Shown here: positions 21,383-31,459 of the stretch, in pieces
Numbering within the stretch: the first letter of the stretch is position 1
Layout of the letters: each line of letters begins with the position of its first letter
Assembly: GCA_963786955.1 (NCBI GenBank)
Contig: CAWBAT010000006.1
Location: 1,024,001-1,088,000 of the forward strand
Direction: 5' to 3'
DNA from: an uncultured Acidimicrobiia bacterium
GTDB taxonomy: Bacteria; Acidobacteriota; Terriglobia; Versatilivoradales; Versatilivoraceae
Length of the DNA stretch: 64,000 nucleotides
The notes under the pieces: model-generated
The model's input: only the letters and a program-made list of their open reading frames with translations
Told to the model about the DNA's origin: nothing
Databases searched by the model: none
Made by a program: the position numbers and the translations under genes

Positions 21383-23077
21383 TCATCTACCGTCAGGCGG
21401 CGCCTTTATCGCCCGGAAACGCTCGACAGCGATCTCCAGATTAAAAAGCATCCGTTCACGGCCCAGCGTATTGGCCAGAGTCGAGCGTTGAACCATCTGT
21501 AAGACCTCCGGGTTAAGTCCTGCCAGCCAGAGGAGGATGCCGCGTTGGCGCACTCTCTCTTCTCCCTCGATCAACATCTTGAGGGCCGAGTATTCAAGAT
21601 CAAAGACACGACTGAAGTCGAGCACGACGACCTGCGGCTTGGCTTGGTCGAGCAACAGTAACAGCTTTTCTCCGATGTGCTGCGCATTCACGAAGAAGAT
21701 CCGGCCTTCCATCCGGATCATCAGCAGGCCGGGAAAGGTCTCGTCTTCAGGGTGTACCTTGGTTAAGGCACGAAAAACATTGGTGCCCGGTTTCCGTCCC
21801 AGGGCATAAACCAGCGGGTTTGCGGCCTGATAAAAGAGAGCGAATAGAGACACGATGATGGCAATCACGATGCCCTGCAAGGTTCCCAGGAGCACCACCC
21901 CGGCACAGGCGATCACCGCCCAGACGAACTCCATGCGACGAATTTGCAGGATGGCGCGGAACTCGGCAGGTTTGATCAGACCCATCGAGTAAATAATGAC
22001 GACTGCAGCCAACGTGGCCTCCGGCATCAATCCCATCAGCGGCGCCAGGACGAGCATGGTCGCCACAGAGATCCCGCAGGTAACCAAAGCCGCCAGTTGA
22101 GTGCGGGCACCGGCATTACAATTCACTGCTGTCTGGGAAGTCCCTCCCCCCGCAGGCATCCCGCCGAATAAACCGCCGCCAACATTCGCCAATCCCGTCG
22201 CCAATAACTCTTGATTCGGTTTGGGACGCGGATCGGTGCTCCGGGCAAAGGCACGTCCGGCTGCGATGGTTTCCGTGAAACTCATCAGTGCGATACCCAG
22301 GGCGCCGGGCCAGAGTTGTTCTACCAACCCGAGATTGGGCATCGTAAAGGCCGGCAATCCTCGAGGAATATGGCCGACGATGGCCACGCCGTGGGCGGCA
22401 AGGCCGAAGCCTCCGGACGCGGCTATCCCAACTGCGACGGCAACCAGCGGCGCTGGAGCCTTGGGCAGAAATCGTTCCACTCCAAGCAGAATTGCCAACA
22501 TGACAACCCCGACGAGAAGTGTCAGCAGAGATGTTTGTGGAAGGTGGCCGATGATCGCGAAAAGGTTATGGACGAAGCGGCCCTTGTCGAAATGGATACC
22601 CAACAACTTGGGCACTTGGTCCAGGATGATGACAAGACCTACCCCCGCTTTGAAGCCGGTCAGCACCGGTTCTGAGATGAAATTGGCCACAAAGCCCAGC
22701 CTGAGGAGGGAGGCCAACAACAGTATGACCCCCACCAATACAGCCAGTGTCGCGGTGGCGCTCAACAGCTCAGCCGGATTGCCATTGGGCACCACCAGGC
22801 CGAGTTCGGCTCCGGTCAGGATGCCAAGGGTCGTGGTAGTACTCACACTAAGAGATCGCGAACTACCCAAGATCGCGTATACCAAAACGGGCACAAAGGC
22901 TGTGTACAGCCCTACCTCAACGGGCAACCCGGCGACAGTGGCGTATGCCATGGCCTTGGGAATGATCACAGCAGCAGTGACCAACCCGGCGATGAGGTCG
23001 AACTGGAGCCAATCGGCCTGGTAGCCAGCAAGCCACTCGCTTATCGGTATCAGTGACGACAGTTTTCCCATCCTCAT
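21383..23077 (-). CDS. SulP family anion transporter with STAS domain
   Basis: DLIAGLVTAAVIIPKAMAYA, GSSRSLSV, NQELLATG, STAS domain. Confidence 0.93.
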   Translation of the reverse strand: MRMGKLSSLIPISEWLAGYQADWLQFDLIAGLVTAAVIIPKAMAYATVAGLPVEVGLYTAFVPVLVYAILGSSRSLSVSTTTTLGILTGAELGLVVPNGNPAELLSATATLAVLVGVILLLASLLRLGFVANFISEPVLTGFKAGVGLVIILDQVPKLLGIHFDKGRFVHNLFAIIGHLPQTSLLTLLVGVVMLAILLGVERFLPKAPAPLVAVAVGIAASGGFGLAAHGVAIVGHIPRGLPAFTMPNLGLVEQLWPGALGIALMSFTETIAAGRAFARSTDPRPKPNQELLATGLANVGGGLFGGMPAGGGTSQTAVNCNAGARTQLAALVTCGISVATMLVLAPLMGLMPEATLAAVVIIYSMGLIKPAEFRAILQIRRMEFVWAVIACAGVVLLGTLQGIVIAIIVSLFALFYQAANPLVYALGRKPGTNVFRALTKVHPEDETFPGLLMIRMEGRIFFVNAQHIGEKLLLLLDQAKPQVVVLDFSRVFDLEYSALKMLIEGEERVRQRGILLWLAGLNPEVLQMVQRSTLANTLGRERMLFNLEIAVERFRAIKAPPDGR

Positions 23078-23169
23078 AACCCTGTCTCCTTATGTCATAG
23101 CACACGGTATCGCAAAGGACGATCTGCGCGTTCCTTAGAACTGCTATTCGTAATTACGGCGACGTTTCT

Positions 23170-23236
23170 GAGGTTAGGCGCCGCGTGGGGTCACGCGGCC
23201 TACAAAGTTGTAGGCCGGGTCACCGACCCGGCGTTA
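23170..23236. repeat. GTAG-type REP element
   Basis: gcggcctacaaagttgtaggccgggtcaccgacccggcgtt; its exact reverse complement lies at ~41390-41430. Confidence 0.75.
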
Positions 23237-23271
23237 ACGTGACCGCATTTATGAACCATGATTCTTAGGCC

Positions 23272-24120
23272 TCAGTATTTTTCCTGGATCCAGCGACGGT
23301 TCTTCATTGGCGTTTCGTCATCGTAGCTATGCTCCTTGGAACGCTTGGGCAGCTTGACCTTTGGCTGAGGAACCGGCTCATAGGGGAAGAGGCTTAGGAA
23401 ATGGGACAGGCAATTGAGACGCGCGCGCTCCTTATCGTCGGAGCGGATGATGTTCCAGGGTGCCCATTCCGTGTCCGTGGCTTCCAGCATCATGTCCCGG
23501 GCCTTGGAATACTCATACCATCGCTCCCGAGATGGTAAATCCATAGCCGAGAGCTTCCATTGGCGGAGCGGATCCTCCATTCTCGCCTCAAAACGCTGTT
23601 TCTGCTCATCGTTATTGACTTCCAGCCAGTATTTGACCAGCTTGATGCCACCCGCAACAATGTAACTTTCAAATGTGGGACAGTTTTTCAGGAAAATACT
23701 GTGCTGTTCCTTTGAGCAGAAACCCATGACGTATTCCACCCCGGCCCGGTTATACCAGCTGCGATCGAAAATGACGACCTCGCCGGCCGCTGGAAAATGG
23801 GCTAGATACCGCTGCATGTAAATCTGTGTTTTCTCCCGATCCGTAGGCGCCGGAAGGGCCACCAGCCGGAATACCCGAGGGCTCACCCTCTCGGTGAGGG
23901 CCCGAATCGTTCCCCCCTTTCCAGCCGCATCGCGCCCCTCAAACACCACAATGACCCTCTGTCCGGTATGTTTCACCCAGTCCTGTAAGACACAAAGCTC
24001 CCTTTGAAGTTTGCGTAGTTCACGCATGTACTCCTTCCCTTTTAGCTTTGGCGTTTGCTCCCCAGTTTTTTCGTCGACAGCACTTTCTTCCTGCTCATTA
24101 TTCGTGTCATGCTTGGACAT
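23272..24120 (-). CDS. ppk2: Polyphosphate kinase 2 (class I-like)
   Basis: FEGRDAAGKGG Walker A, FDRSWYNRAGVE, WKLSAMD, APW, DDKERARLN. Confidence 0.95.
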   Translation of the reverse strand: MSKHDTNNEQEESAVDEKTGEQTPKLKGKEYMRELRKLQRELCVLQDWVKHTGQRVIVVFEGRDAAGKGGTIRALTERVSPRVFRLVALPAPTDREKTQIYMQRYLAHFPAAGEVVIFDRSWYNRAGVEYVMGFCSKEQHSIFLKNCPTFESYIVAGGIKLVKYWLEVNNDEQKQRFEARMEDPLRQWKLSAMDLPSRERWYEYSKARDMMLEATDTEWAPWNIIRSDDKERARLNCLSHFLSLFPYEPVPQPKVKLPKRSKEHSYDDETPMKNRRWIQEKY

Positions 24121-24863
24121 GGACTCCTCCTGAAAGATTCGTAATTGTAAACTAAAGGCTCATGATCACTTTTTCCTGCCGGGTAATTATCAGATTCCGT
24201 TTAAGCAGAAGGCCTTTAGCATGCAACCCGCCCCCAAGTAGATCAGGCCCGGTTCATAGTCCAGATGATACTACCGGCTTTCCATGTCGATCAGCAATGA
24301 GCAATGAATGATCCTGGTACTAACAAGGAACAGACCACACACCCTTAAGGCTTCCTTCCAGCAGTTGCTATACCTGAATGTCGCATACAATGGAGGAAAT
24401 CTGCAACGATCAATCTTAGTGGATAATCTACCGGCGCTGGGCAGCGGAATGGCCAGACCCTCCGCCTAGATCAAGACGGTTAGAAGGGCGTTCTCAAAAT
24501 CCCGGCCACCTGAACGACCGTTGCGGGATGGCCCTGATACTGTTCCTTCTGCCTTCCCCTTCCCTTCTTTGGCGAAATCTGTCCTAGCTGACAGTTGCGG
24601 AGACATCATTATTTCTGGTACATTCCGGCCAACGCAAATCGCACACCGAAGGTGCCGGAACCGACCTCCGTGTCGGGCTTGGGCCAATGAGATGAGAGCG
24701 GGGCGTAGTGATCGCAGCATGCAGTTTGGCGTATTTTGGGGATTTCGGAAGTGATACTTGCTGGAAGTACCGTTCATCTCCTGGGGATTGTTGCGATCCT
24801 CGACCACACCTGGAACGACAATCAATTGGGTACACGATTTAACTTTCCACAAACGATCGGAGG

Positions 24864-25913
24864 ATGAAGATGAACAGATCAAAGAGTGTTTCCCGGCGTG
24901 GGACATGGCTCGTCTGCCTGTCACTTGTTACCCTGATGGTAGCTGTACCCTTTGTGCAGGCACAGACGCCGGCACAAATCGAGTCTGCTCTGAACGCAGC
25001 ATACGCGAAGTACAAGGAACTTCAGGAAGGGAAGAATGCCGACTATATCCCCGCGCTTGCCAAGGTGGATCCTAAGCTGTTTGGGATTGCTATCGTGACG
25101 GCTGACGGGAAAGTGTATACCGTCGGGGATATCACGACGGAGGTCTCGATACAGTCCATTTCGAAGGTGTTTACGATGGCCCAGGTTATCCAGGAACAGG
25201 GCCCTGAGGCCATTGCGCAGAACATCGGAGTGGATGCCACCGGACTCCGGTTCAATTCGATCGTTAGCGTCGAGATCGCGAAGAAGCTCGGGGGAGGACC
25301 GGAGATGAATCCTCTGGTCAATCCGGGGGCAATTACGGCGACAAGTATGGTCAAGGGTGCCAATGCGGAGGAAGTCTGGGCGAAGGTCATCGGGATCGAG
25401 AATGACTGCGCCGGCAGGTCCTTGAGCGTGCTACAGGATATCTACAAGTCTGAATCCGCAACGAACCAGCGAAATCAGGCTATTGGGATGTTGATGTATG
25501 CCTACGAGTACATCAAAGCGAATCCCGCGCAGGCGGTGGACCTCTATACCCGCCAGTGCTCGATCGGCGTCAACGCGAAGGACCTCGCGATGATGGCGGG
25601 AACGCTCGCCTTTGGTGGGAAGAACCCGGTGACGAGGAAACAGGTCATCGATACCCAAAAGGTTCCGTATATCCTCGCTGTCATGGCGACGGCGGGGCTG
25701 TACGATGATAGCGGCAAGTGGCTATATCGGACCGGCCTCCCCGCGAAGAGCGGCGTCGGAGGCGGTATCATTGCCGTCTCACCGGGCAAGTTCGGGATTG
25801 CTGTGGTTTCTCCGCCCCTCGACGAAGCAGGGAACAGTGTCAGGGCGCAGAAGGCGATCACTGACATCTCGAACGCCCTCGGCGGCAATCCATACGCATC
25901 GACAAGGAAGTAA
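24864..25913 (+). CDS. glsA: Glutaminase A with N-terminal signal peptide
   Basis: GKNADYIPALA, SIQSISKVF (SxxK), NPLVNPGAI, GLPAKSGVGGG; N-terminus basic + hydrophobic + VQA|Q. Confidence 0.93.
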   Translation: MKMNRSKSVSRRGTWLVCLSLVTLMVAVPFVQAQTPAQIESALNAAYAKYKELQEGKNADYIPALAKVDPKLFGIAIVTADGKVYTVGDITTEVSIQSISKVFTMAQVIQEQGPEAIAQNIGVDATGLRFNSIVSVEIAKKLGGGPEMNPLVNPGAITATSMVKGANAEEVWAKVIGIENDCAGRSLSVLQDIYKSESATNQRNQAIGMLMYAYEYIKANPAQAVDLYTRQCSIGVNAKDLAMMAGTLAFGGKNPVTRKQVIDTQKVPYILAVMATAGLYDDSGKWLYRTGLPAKSGVGGGIIAVSPGKFGIAVVSPPLDEAGNSVRAQKAITDISNALGGNPYASTRK

Positions 25914-26647
25914 CTGACAAAGCTAGGCTCATTGCGCAAAGAGGCGGTGTCTGGATCGCTGATCAGCCAGCGGTAATTTCTATCCATTGTGTTGTTCCTG
26001 ACCGACTCGAAACGAGCTACCGAGCGCTAAAATAGCTTGCGTTAAATCCACCAGCTATTGGGTAATGCACGCGGCAAATCCCCACCTGCTCGAACAGACA
26101 TCTGGTCAGATCGTAAGTTAGGTCTTGAAGTTTCACCCCACTGAGGGGAAAAGGGTCAGCTGCTTCAGGATTGGCATGAAGTTTGCTATTGAGTGGAGTG
26201 AGGTATTGTCTCCAGCCGCTCACTTCATGGACGGGATCGCACCAGACGGAATGCGAGCAACGAGATGAAGAAAGCAGGGGTGGAAGTGCCTACATCGGAG
26301 ACGAGAGTCATTGAGAAGAAAACTTAGTTGTTTCAATGGCCTTGACTTTCGGGTGGGCCGATCATTGCTCTGTGCTTTTTTTGGCGGACAGAGGGGCTCA
26401 AACGATCGCCATCAATCCAGACCGACTCATGACTTCCAGGTCAAGATGCTGCCTAGTCCACTCATTCGCTTGGATCTGAATTTGTTGCTTTATGTTACTC
26501 ACCGTGAGGAACCATTGCACCTCGGTTCCTCACTCCCAAGGGATCTAGAGTCCCCGTAAGGTCTATCTGCTAAAAGAGCATTTCAAAATACGGTTGCTAT
26601 CATGAGCGCCAAGGCAAGGTCGGTTTAGTAAGGAGAAAGGAGGATTT

Positions 26648-28129
26648 ATGCAGTTGCATGCTCCAACAAAAGAGAACCTAGGTAGAGGGGCAGTTCTTTT
26701 GTTAATTGCATTTCTGGCGATTGCGGCTCATCCACTCCGAGCGCAATCACAGGAGGCCCAAAAGGAAATACCAGATTTGCAGCAGCTGAAGATTAAGCTC
26801 CTGCAACTGGAACAGGCTATGCAAGACCTGAAAAATCAGATTGGCATCGTGGAGCAGGCACAGAAAGCTGCTGGAACCTCTGTCCCCGCACCCCCTCCAC
26901 CTGTCGAGAGTGCCCAGAAAACACCCGCACCCGCTCCTCCTGTCGAAAGCGCCCAGAAAAAATCTGAAAAACCCCCAGTGGCTGTTGCCCAAAAACCGGG
27001 CTCAGACAACACTATCCAATTGTATGGCTTCGTGATGATGGACTCAGGATACGATTTCAAGACAAATAATCCGGACTGGTTCGACGTAGTCCGTCCAACG
27101 AAGTTGCCAGCGTTCAACGGAGAATTTGCCCCGGATGGGAAATTCTATTATGGAGTTCGGCAGACCCGGTTTGGAGTGAAGTCAACCAGGGAAACAAAAT
27201 TTGGCGATCTTAAGACCATTTTTGAATTTGAGTTGTTTGGAACAGGCGTCGACGCCGGTCAGACGACCTTTCGTCTTCGGCATGCTTATGGCGAGCTAGG
27301 ACATTTCGGTGCAGGCCAAACCTGGAGCCCCTTCATGGACATCGATGTCTTTCCCAATTCACTCGAGTACTGGGGACCCAACGGGATGGTCTTTTTCCGT
27401 AACGTGCAGTTTCGCTGGATTCCGATCAAAAGTGAGCGCGGTGAAGTCAACATTGCCATTGAACGCCCCGGGGCAAGCGCTGATCAGGGAGTTTATCAAG
27501 ACCGGATTGAGCTCGAAGGGGTCAGGAGCCAATTCAATATGCCTGACATATCGGGGAATGCCAGGTTGATCAGAAATTGGGGGTACGTGCAGGCGGCAGG
27601 GATTGTCAGGAAGATATCGTGGGTTGACACCAACAATGATGCCTTTAATCTCAGCGGGACCGCTTGGGGGTATGGTTTGAATCTGACCTCAAATCTCAAA
27701 TTCGGAAAGAAAGACGTTGGAAAATTTGCTTTCGTCTATGGCCAAGGTATCGAGAACTACATGAATGACGCCCCAGTCGATATTGGCATTCAAAACAACT
27801 TCAGTGATCCGGTCAAGCCGGTCAAGGGCGTGGCATTGCCGGTACTTGGCATCGTGTCATTCGTGGACCACACTTGGAACAAAAAGTTCAGCACGGCGCT
27901 CGGCTATTCCATGCTGAACATCCAGAACTCCGACGCGCAGCTTCCCTCAGCATTTCATCAGGGCCATTATGCGCTGGGGAACTTACTTTACTATCCAGTT
28001 GATAGTGTCATGCTGGGTGGTGAATTCCAGTTTGGAAGGCGGTTGAACTTTATGGACGGCTTTAATGCGAATGACTATCGCATCCAGTTCTCATTCAGGT
28101 ACAACTGGTCGAAAACTTTCGGATATTGA
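26648..28129 (+). CDS. DcaP-family outer membrane porin with N-terminal coiled coil
   Basis: Signal peptide, coiled coil, YGFVMMD, RQTRFG, FRLRHAYG, GQTWSPFMD, aromatic C-terminal strand. Confidence 0.8.
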   Translation: MQLHAPTKENLGRGAVLLLIAFLAIAAHPLRAQSQEAQKEIPDLQQLKIKLLQLEQAMQDLKNQIGIVEQAQKAAGTSVPAPPPPVESAQKTPAPAPPVESAQKKSEKPPVAVAQKPGSDNTIQLYGFVMMDSGYDFKTNNPDWFDVVRPTKLPAFNGEFAPDGKFYYGVRQTRFGVKSTRETKFGDLKTIFEFELFGTGVDAGQTTFRLRHAYGELGHFGAGQTWSPFMDIDVFPNSLEYWGPNGMVFFRNVQFRWIPIKSERGEVNIAIERPGASADQGVYQDRIELEGVRSQFNMPDISGNARLIRNWGYVQAAGIVRKISWVDTNNDAFNLSGTAWGYGLNLTSNLKFGKKDVGKFAFVYGQGIENYMNDAPVDIGIQNNFSDPVKPVKGVALPVLGIVSFVDHTWNKKFSTALGYSMLNIQNSDAQLPSAFHQGHYALGNLLYYPVDSVMLGGEFQFGRRLNFMDGFNANDYRIQFSFRYNWSKTFGY

Positions 28130-28304
28130 GGGAATGAGAATGGCAATCCAAAGAGCAGTTCAGCCCTTGAGGTCTGCATTTCAAGGTCTAAAACCTGCTA
28201 TCTATTACAGTGCACTCTCATTCAATCTCTCTTCATACTTAAGAGGGTATCGGTTCAGGGGAATTGTGTGCGGCGCCAGATGTCCCTTGACAAAGGGAAG
28301 CTGG

Positions 28305-28470
28305 GAAAAATTCCCCTCCTATTTTAGGAGGGGCTGAAGCCCGCCAGGGCTTCGGGGTGGTAAGGGTCGCCTGCAAGCCGCGATGGGAGCGAATCGGCAC
28401 GATCCACCACCCCCTGAAGGACTGAGGCCCTTCAGTTCCCCTCCTGACCCAGGAGGGGAGTTCTTTCACA
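28305..28470. repeat. Palindromic REP-like cluster (TTCCCCTCC..GGAGGGG family)
   Basis: ttcccctcctattttaggagggg and ttcccctcctgacccaggagggg; similar at 63390. Confidence 0.55.
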
Positions 28471-28599
28471 GCTTCAGACTCGGGCTCGTCGGCGTTTGGC
28501 AGCTGGCGCGTGGCGTGAAGCGAGTAAGAATTATCTGGCGGGCAATAGTCTAGCCAGCAGAATTCTTGTCGACTTCAAGCAAAGACCAGTGGTGACACA

Positions 28600-29938
28600 A
28601 TGCTTCTATGGGTAGAGCTTGCGGTGCTCTTGGCCTCGATTGTCGTGGGGGCTCGGCTGGGCGGGATAGGGCTTGGGCCGATGGGTGGCCTAGGGCTCTT
28701 GGTGTTTGTCTTTTTGTTCCGTCTTCCTCCGGGGAGCCCTCCAGGCACCGTCCTGGGTATGATCCTGGCGGTAATCACGGCGCTCTCGCTCATGCAGGCC
28801 GCAGGGGGTCTTGACTTTGTCATCCAGCTCGCAGAGAAAGTCCTGCGCCGAAACCCTGGCCGCGTGACCATCCTCGCCCCACTCGTCACCTACGTTCTGA
28901 TCCTGGCCTCCGGCACGCAGCACGTCATCTATGCCTTGCTGCCGGTGATCGCCGAGGTTGCGCGCAAGGCCGGGATTCGGCCTGAGCGGCCGCTCTCGAT
29001 CAGCGTGATCGCTTCGCAGCACGGGCTCGTGGCGTCACCAGTTTCCGCAGCGACAGTCGCCCTCATCGGGGGTCTAGCCGCTACGGGAATAGGGCTGCCC
29101 CAAATCTTAATGATCACGATTCCGGCAACATTCCTCGGCGTTGTGGCCGGCACGTTCTCAGTGGCTTTCCGGGGCAAGGAATTAGCCGATGATCCCGAGT
29201 ATCAAAGGCGGCTCGCAGAAGGGAAAGTAACCCCTCCAGCGGCGCGGAGCGAACTGACCGGCCCCGATCGGAGGAAAGCCATCGGGTCTTGTATGGTCTT
29301 CCTGGCCGCGATTATTGCCGTTGTCTTGATTGGGTTGTTTCCGGGCCTCCGGCCGATCTATGAGAAGGTCGCGGAGGGTGTGACGGAAACCGGCCAAGTC
29401 GAGATGGGCCGAGCAGTCATGATCATCATGATGGCAGCGGCCGGTCTGTTACTGGTGGTCTTCCGCGCCGACCCTGAAAAGGCAGTGAAGGGTAGCATCA
29501 TGAAAGGTGGCCTTACCGCTATCATCTGCATCCTAGGGGTCTCTTGGATGGGGTCGTCCTTCTTTGAAGGCAACCAGACACAAATCGTGAACGTCATCTC
29601 CTCAGTTGTGAAGGCCCAACCGTGGGTCTACGCTGCGGGCCTCTTCGCTCTTTCAATTTTGCTTTTTAGCCAAGCCGCGACGATTGTCACCCTGGTCCCT
29701 GTGGCGCTGGCTCTTGGTTTACCGGTACCGCTCATCGTAGGCGCATACCCGGCTGTGAACGGTAATTTCTTCCTTCCCACCTACGGCACGGTGCTGGCCG
29801 CCGTCTCCTTTGACCAGACCGGGACAACCCGGATCGGGAGAGTACTTGCTCAATCATAGTTTTATGCTCCCGGGGCTGGTAACAACTGTGACTGCCACAG
29901 TCGTGGCTTCTGTCATGGCCCAATGGCTCTTAAAGTAA
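28600..29938 (+). CDS. Anaerobic C4-dicarboxylate transporter, DcuA/DcuB family (frameshift near C-terminus)
   Basis: GARLGGIGLG, AAGGLD, IRPERPLS, ASPVSAA, FDQTGTTRIG then YLLNHSFMLPGL..WLLK* in the next frame. Confidence 0.9.
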
Positions 29939-29949
29939 TCTGGAGGTTC

Positions 29950-31443
29950 ATGACGCGTCATCTTTTTTCCTTGCTGGCCGGCGTTATCGGCCTGCTCATG
30001 ATCCCAAGCGTTATTGCCCAACAAACATTCCGGGTGGAAAAGGACCTGCTGGGAGAGAAGCAGATTCCAGCGGATGCCTACTACGGCGTCCAGACCGCGC
30101 GGGCCCTCGAGAATTTTGAAATCTCCGGCGTTCTGATCAATCACTATCCCGGGTTCGTCGAAGCTTGGGCCATCGTCAAATTAGCGGCAGCAAGGGCCAA
30201 CACAGACGTCGGCGCCATGAAACCGGAAACATTAGCTGCCATTGAAAAAGCCTGCCAGGCCGTGCTTGACGGCAAATACCATGATCAGTTCCGGGTAGAT
30301 TGGTACCAGGGCGGAGCCGGAACTTCGACCAACATGAATGCCAACGAGGTGCTCGCGAATATCGCACTAGAGCTCAGCGGGCACAAGAAGGGCGAGTATC
30401 AGTTGGTTGATCCGCACGATCATCTCAATATGTCACAGTCAACCAACGACTCCTACCCCACGGCGATCAAGGTTGCATTTCTTTTGCGGAACAACAAGCT
30501 GATCGAGGAACTGCAGAAGCTGGCGGCTTCTTTTCGGAGGAAAGGGGACGCTTACCTCAAGATCGTGAAGATGGGAAGGACCGAGATGCAGGACGCCGTG
30601 CCCATGACCGTCGGTCAAGAATTTCATGCATTTGCGTCCGCTCTGGAAGGTGAAATCCAGTTGCTGCGGGATGCTGAGAAGTATTTATACTCGGTGAACA
30701 TGGGCGCCACCGCCATTGGAACCGGAATCAACGTCCCCAAAGGATACCCGGAAAAATGCGCGGCCCACCTGGCTAAGTTGACCGGCAAACCCATCGTGCC
30801 GGCCTCTGACATGATTGCTGCCACCTGGGATCAGCAGGGGTTTGTAGTCTATTCCGCGGCGCTCAAGAGCTTGGCCATAAAGCTCTCGAAGATTGCGAGT
30901 GATTTGATCCTGCTCACTTCTGGACCCCGAGCGGGACTGTTCGAGATCAACTTGCCCGCGTTGCAGCCGGGTTCCTCCATCATGCCGGGCAAAGTCAATC
31001 CGGTCCTTCCTGAGCTGATGAATATTGTTGCTTTTCGCGTCATGGGCAATGACTACAGCGTCGGGCTGGCCGCCGACCACGGACAACTCCAGCTCAATGC
31101 CTATGAGCCGCTCGAAGGGCTGGCAGTGATCGAATCACAGAGTCTGCTCTATCGCACTTCCATCGCTTTTCGGACCAAGTGCATCGATGGCATTACCGTG
31201 AACGAAAAAACATTGCAGCACTATATGGAGACCACTGTCGGCATCGTCACGGCGCTCAATCCTATCGTGGGCTATGAAAAAGCAACGGAGCTGGCCGGCG
31301 AAGCTTACAAGAGCGGAAAAGGAATTCTCGAAATCATCCGGGAAAAGAAGGTTCTGTCCGAACAACAAATCCAGGAGTTGCTCGATCCGGTTAAGCTGAC
31401 CGGGCTCGACCCTTCGATGTACGAAAAGAAACCGTCCCAGTAA
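29950..31443 (+). CDS. aspA: Aspartate ammonia-lyase with N-terminal signal peptide
   Basis: RVEKDLLG, YYGVQTARA, QGGAGTSTNMNANEV, GSSIMPGKVNP; GGAGG RBS before MTRHLFSLLAGVIGLLMIPSVIA|QQ. Confidence 0.92.
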   Translation: MTRHLFSLLAGVIGLLMIPSVIAQQTFRVEKDLLGEKQIPADAYYGVQTARALENFEISGVLINHYPGFVEAWAIVKLAAARANTDVGAMKPETLAAIEKACQAVLDGKYHDQFRVDWYQGGAGTSTNMNANEVLANIALELSGHKKGEYQLVDPHDHLNMSQSTNDSYPTAIKVAFLLRNNKLIEELQKLAASFRRKGDAYLKIVKMGRTEMQDAVPMTVGQEFHAFASALEGEIQLLRDAEKYLYSVNMGATAIGTGINVPKGYPEKCAAHLAKLTGKPIVPASDMIAATWDQQGFVVYSAALKSLAIKLSKIASDLILLTSGPRAGLFEINLPALQPGSSIMPGKVNPVLPELMNIVAFRVMGNDYSVGLAADHGQLQLNAYEPLEGLAVIESQSLLYRTSIAFRTKCIDGITVNEKTLQHYMETTVGIVTALNPIVGYEKATELAGEAYKSGKGILEIIREKKVLSEQQIQELLDPVKLTGLDPSMYEKKPSQ

Positions 31444-31459
31444 TACAGGAGGTATTATC

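Noticed and set aside
24130-24860. ORFs or ncRNA in the divergent ppk2-glsA gap
   Set aside because: No motif, RBS or recognisable RNA structure that I can support
25920-26640. ORFs or riboswitch between glsA and the porin
   Set aside because: Short ORFs lack features, and no riboswitch consensus was recognisable by eye
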